Assembly: GCF_009914755.1 (NCBI RefSeq)
Contig: NC_060942.1
Reading direction: 5' to 3' (one strand)
Length of the DNA stretch: 64,000 bases
From: the human T2T-CHM13v2.0 reference genome, Homo sapiens
Both the position numbers and the translations under genes were made by a program. The notes beneath the pieces are model-generated. The model saw only the letters and a program-made list of their open reading frames with translations. It did not search any database and was not told where the DNA came from. The first letter of the stretch is position 1. Each line of letters begins with the position of its first letter. Shown in pieces: positions 59,946 to 64,000 of the stretch.

Positions 59946-62432
59946 ATAATAGATCCATATCATGTGCATTTGCTGCATTTACTCCCTGGGAATCTAAGAA
60001 GTGGCCCAACAGCTAAACTAGTGTCTGGGTCAAGATTTGAGCATCCCGGATTACCTAAGGGATTCAACTTAAAATAGATTAGCTGGTCCTGATTTTTAAC
60101 TGCTTGAATCGTGACTGCTTCAAAATAAGAGTTTTCAAATCATGAAAGAGGGAGCTGCATCATTTAAAGTTTCCGAAAACATTTAGGTATTAGAATTCTT
60201 TATTAAATAAAGGCCTGTAGTGGATAAAGGAATTTAGGGTGGTTTTATCCCTGGATGTTGTATAAACATGCCACCAAACATTCCATTGAAAAGGAAACTA
60301 ATAATAGCAAACTATTCATTTTTATTACTTATGCTAATTGTTATTCACTGGTAGTTTTAGGATTATAGGGAATGCTTATTCTTGCAATTAAGGTTGTGTC
60401 TGCAGCAACAATTGGTTTAGAGAAAAAAACATGTCTGTGTATGGCAAATACCTACTTATTTTGAAAACAACTGATTCAGAAATAGTTGGCCGCATTAAAT
60501 ATATGTTTCCCTCCAAAATAATTTGTGTTAATAAACACTTAGGTTTAAAAATGCCTTTACTGAACACCCACAATGAACAAAGTATGGTAAGATATATGGA
60601 TTACCTCAAAGGAACTTAGAATATAACAAAAGAAACTTGAGTTAGAACGCATCTTATGTAATACATGTCTTATGATAGGGGTATGGATGAATATTTTGGA
60701 GTCACTCTAATGCTAACAATGATCTATCTTACATAAAAAAACAGAATAATTTAATGATAAAGTCCATGTCCTTTGCACAACATTCAAGGTTCTCTTTCTT
60801 CTGGCCCATACATACATTTCCAATCACTTCTTGTTTCTTGGGAGAGATGGCATGATTTAAAATTTCTGAAAACATTTAGGTATTAGAATTCCTTAGAAAA
60901 ATTGTAAATTACATATAGTTTCTAAAGATGGGCCATGATGTCTCGTGCCCCATTTATGACTATTCACTTGTGTATCTGTCCATTTCCTATTTGACTCTGA
61001 GCACCTTGCTGGAAGCTCTATTGACCCTCACAGCCCAACAGTTAGCACAGAGTCTGGCACACAATTGCATACGTAAAGATTTATGAAATTAGACAGAGTT
61101 AATAGTTTATTTTCAAAGACAGCTTGCAAGCAGAAAGTATTGCTTCTCTTTAGTGTTCTCACAGTTTCACTATTTTATTCTTTCTTCTCTTTATCACCTA
61201 ACTGTGGAGAATAAGGTGGATGTTCTTTACTTTTTTTTTCCTTTCATTATCTTCTTGCACAAGTGCCACCACATACTGGTGTCAAATATATTAATTGCAT
61301 TAATGACAAGCAAACTAGAGGCAGATCAAACACCTAGGCCAGTGATATCCATAGATGGCATTTTAATCATTTTTCTTAATTATTATTTTTTAGTGCTTCC
61401 AAGATTTTAGACACTACATTTGACATCATAATAAGGTCTTATGTCCAGGATTGCTAAGGGCTACTCTGGTGAGAAAAGCAGCAAAAGTTAAAGCAGTTAA
61501 ATATTATAAGGGTTAAATAATAAAATGAAACTGTACAATAAGTATTCAGGGAAAAAAAAAACATGTCTTAACCAAGTGATGTCTCAGAAATATGCCCCTT
61601 AGGGTTTTCGTTTTCTAGAATTTACTTGTTGCTATGAGATGATTCCAGGCATGGGGATCAGTGATACATAAGCACCATCACCAGATTCCTCCCTTGAGTC
61701 TGGCACCCTGACATCCTATGTTGTAGCCCCTCTTCCCTGTGTCAGCCTTTCCTCATGGAGCCAAACTCCATTTATCAACCGGCAGTAATAGCAGGCTGGC
61801 AATGCCTCCCCTGGCTGTTGGTCTAAGCTAACCTTGAAAGGACTCCAGATGACAACAGTGGGTTAAGATTTTCTTCAGCAGTTCCACAGAAATATTCAAC
61901 ACCAAAATGACTCAATTCTAGATCAATCCTTTGCAACTGAGAAACTAATGTGTAATTTATGACAGAAATAAATATATTTAATATTCTAGAGTTTTGTAAA
62001 GTTATAAACAAAATATTCAAACATGGAAAGCTCAAGTATAATCTAAACTAATCTAATTCTAACATGATCTATTGTAATCCTTTATGTAGGTTACTAGGGA
62101 ACCAGAGTCTTCCCTGGTATTGAATAGTTAAAGGAAAGGGGAAATGGCGGCCAAAGATAAAAAAAGCACTGGGGTGGAGGATTGGAGTTACTGGGGGCAG
62201 GAGGAGCAACAAGGCAAATTGGGAGATAGGAAGGCAAAGAAGCTCTTTCCATTTTTTTCTTTGTTACAGAAAATAACCTTTGCTTTAAAGGAGTTACTGC
62301 ATATTCTCTTCCCCTTGCCACCTCCATTTTCACCAGCATAATCACTACCATATTTATAAAGTTCTAAAAATGAGCAATGGACAGAAACATTGTAATGCGA
62401 CCTACTACTTTCTACTGTTTTAAAAAGCAAAC

Positions 62433-64000
62433 CATCTTCTTGGTTAAATTAATTAGTATTTTATTCGTTTTGATGCTATCATAAATGGGATATTTTTCTT
62501 GATTTTTGGACAGATTATTATTGGTATACAGAAATGTAACTTTTTTCAGGTTGATTTTGTATACTATAAATTTGTATCCTATGAATGGTTGAATTCATTT
62601 ATTACTTCTAAGAGTTTTTTGGTAGAGTCTTTAGGGTTTTCTACACATAGGATCATATTGTCTGCAAATAGGAATAATTTTAGTTTTTCATTTCTGGTGT
62701 GAGTGCTTTTTATTTCTTTTCCTTGTCTGATTGCTTTTGATAGTACTTCCAGTACTATGTTGAATAGAAGTGGTGAGAGTAGGCAACCTTTCCTTGTAGC
62801 AGATCTTAGAAGAAAAGCTATTGGTTTTCCCCCATTGATTATGATGTTATCTGTGGACTTTTCATAATTGATCTTTATTATGTAGACAAAATTTCATTCT
62901 ATACTCGAATTGGTGAGAGGTTTTTTAATCAAGAAAGAATGTTGAACTTTGTCAAATGCTTTTTCTGCATCAATTGAGATGATCATGTGGTTTTTATTTT
63001 TCACTTTGTTAATGTAATATATCACACTGGTTTGCATACGTTAAATCAACTTTGCATCTCAGAGATAAAGTCAACTTAGTCATGATGCATAATCTTTTTG
63101 ATGTGTTGTTGAATTCAGTTTGCAAGTATTCCACTGAAGAATTTTGCATCTATGTTCATCAGAGACATTGGCCTATAGGTTTCTTTTCTTGCAGTATCTT
63201 TGTCAGGCTTTGGGACCAGGGTGACACTGACCTAATAAATTGGGTTTGAAAGTATTTCTTCTGGTTCTATTCTTTGGAAGAGTTTAAGAGGGATTTATTT
63301 GATTCTTGTTTGAATGTTTGGTAGAATTTAGCCATGAAGCCCTCTGGTCCTGGCCCTTTTTGTTGTTGTTGGAGATTTTTAGTTACTACTTCACAGAAAA
63401 GTATAGAATATTGGTGAAAGAAATTGAAGAAGATACCAATAAAAAATATATTCCATATTCATGGAGTGGGAGAATTAGTATTGTTAAAATTTTTGTACTA
63501 CCTAAAGCAATATTCAGATTCAACATTATCTCTATAAAAATTCCAAAGCTATGCTTCATAAACACAGAAAAAAAATTCTAAAATTTGTATTGAACCACCA
63601 ACAACCCCAAATAGAGGAATCGTGAAAAAGAACAACACAGCCGGAGGCACCACACTTCTTGATTTCAAAATATACTACAAAGCTGTAGTAACCAAAATAT
63701 TATGATATTGGTATAATAACAGACAAATAGACTCATGGAGCAGAATAGAGGACCCAAAAATAAACCCAAGCATATACAGTCAACTAATTTTCAACAAGCC
63801 CATCAAGAAGACACAGTTGGGAAAGAATAGTCTCTTCAATAAATGATGTATGGAAAACCAGATATCCACATGCGAAGAATAAAATGGGAACCTTATTTTA
63901 CACCACACACAAAAATCAACTCAAAATGGATTAAAGACCTAAATGCAAGACCTGAAACCATAAAAATCCTAGAAGAAAACATGGGAAAAGCTCTTTAACA
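62433..64000 (+). mobile_element. Older L1M element with 5' inversion (antisense 62433-63387, sense 63388 onward)
   Basis: Antisense ORF2 (ttttctgcatcaattgagatgatcatgtgg) abuts sense ORF2 (EKYRILVKEIEEDTNK..IPYSWSGRISIVK..LPKAIFRFN). Confidence 0.88.

Overview
This is AT-rich primate genomic DNA, very likely human, from an intergenic region or a large intron. I find no host protein-coding gene, tRNA, rRNA, CRISPR array or CpG island. The ORFs whose proteins I recognise are transposon remnants (L1 ORF2, Tigger1 transposase, one ancient LINE); the rest look like Alu, low-complexity or chance ORFs. Much of the window is nested transposable elements: about 13 Alu/FLAM copies, several L1s, L2/MIR relics, MaLR and ERV1 LTRs, a near full-length Tigger1, MER2, MER44, Tigger3a, MER5 and MADE1. 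Subfamily names come from recalled consensus sequences and are approximate. I cannot support a new multi-gene biological system here. The best leads are: (1) an ancient L1/Tx1-like RT fossil at about 43.4-43.7 kb, visible at protein level; (2) a 2.4 kb block-structured AT minisatellite inside an L1, plus an orphan L1 fragment 5 kb away that ends at the same L1 coordinate; (3) several template-switch footprints (a 21-bp hairpin stem, an inverted duplication, palindromes, a dispersed 46-bp copy); (4) a repeat-free, CpG-retaining enhancer-like island at 31.7-33.7 kb; (5) a twin-primed L1 at the right edge.
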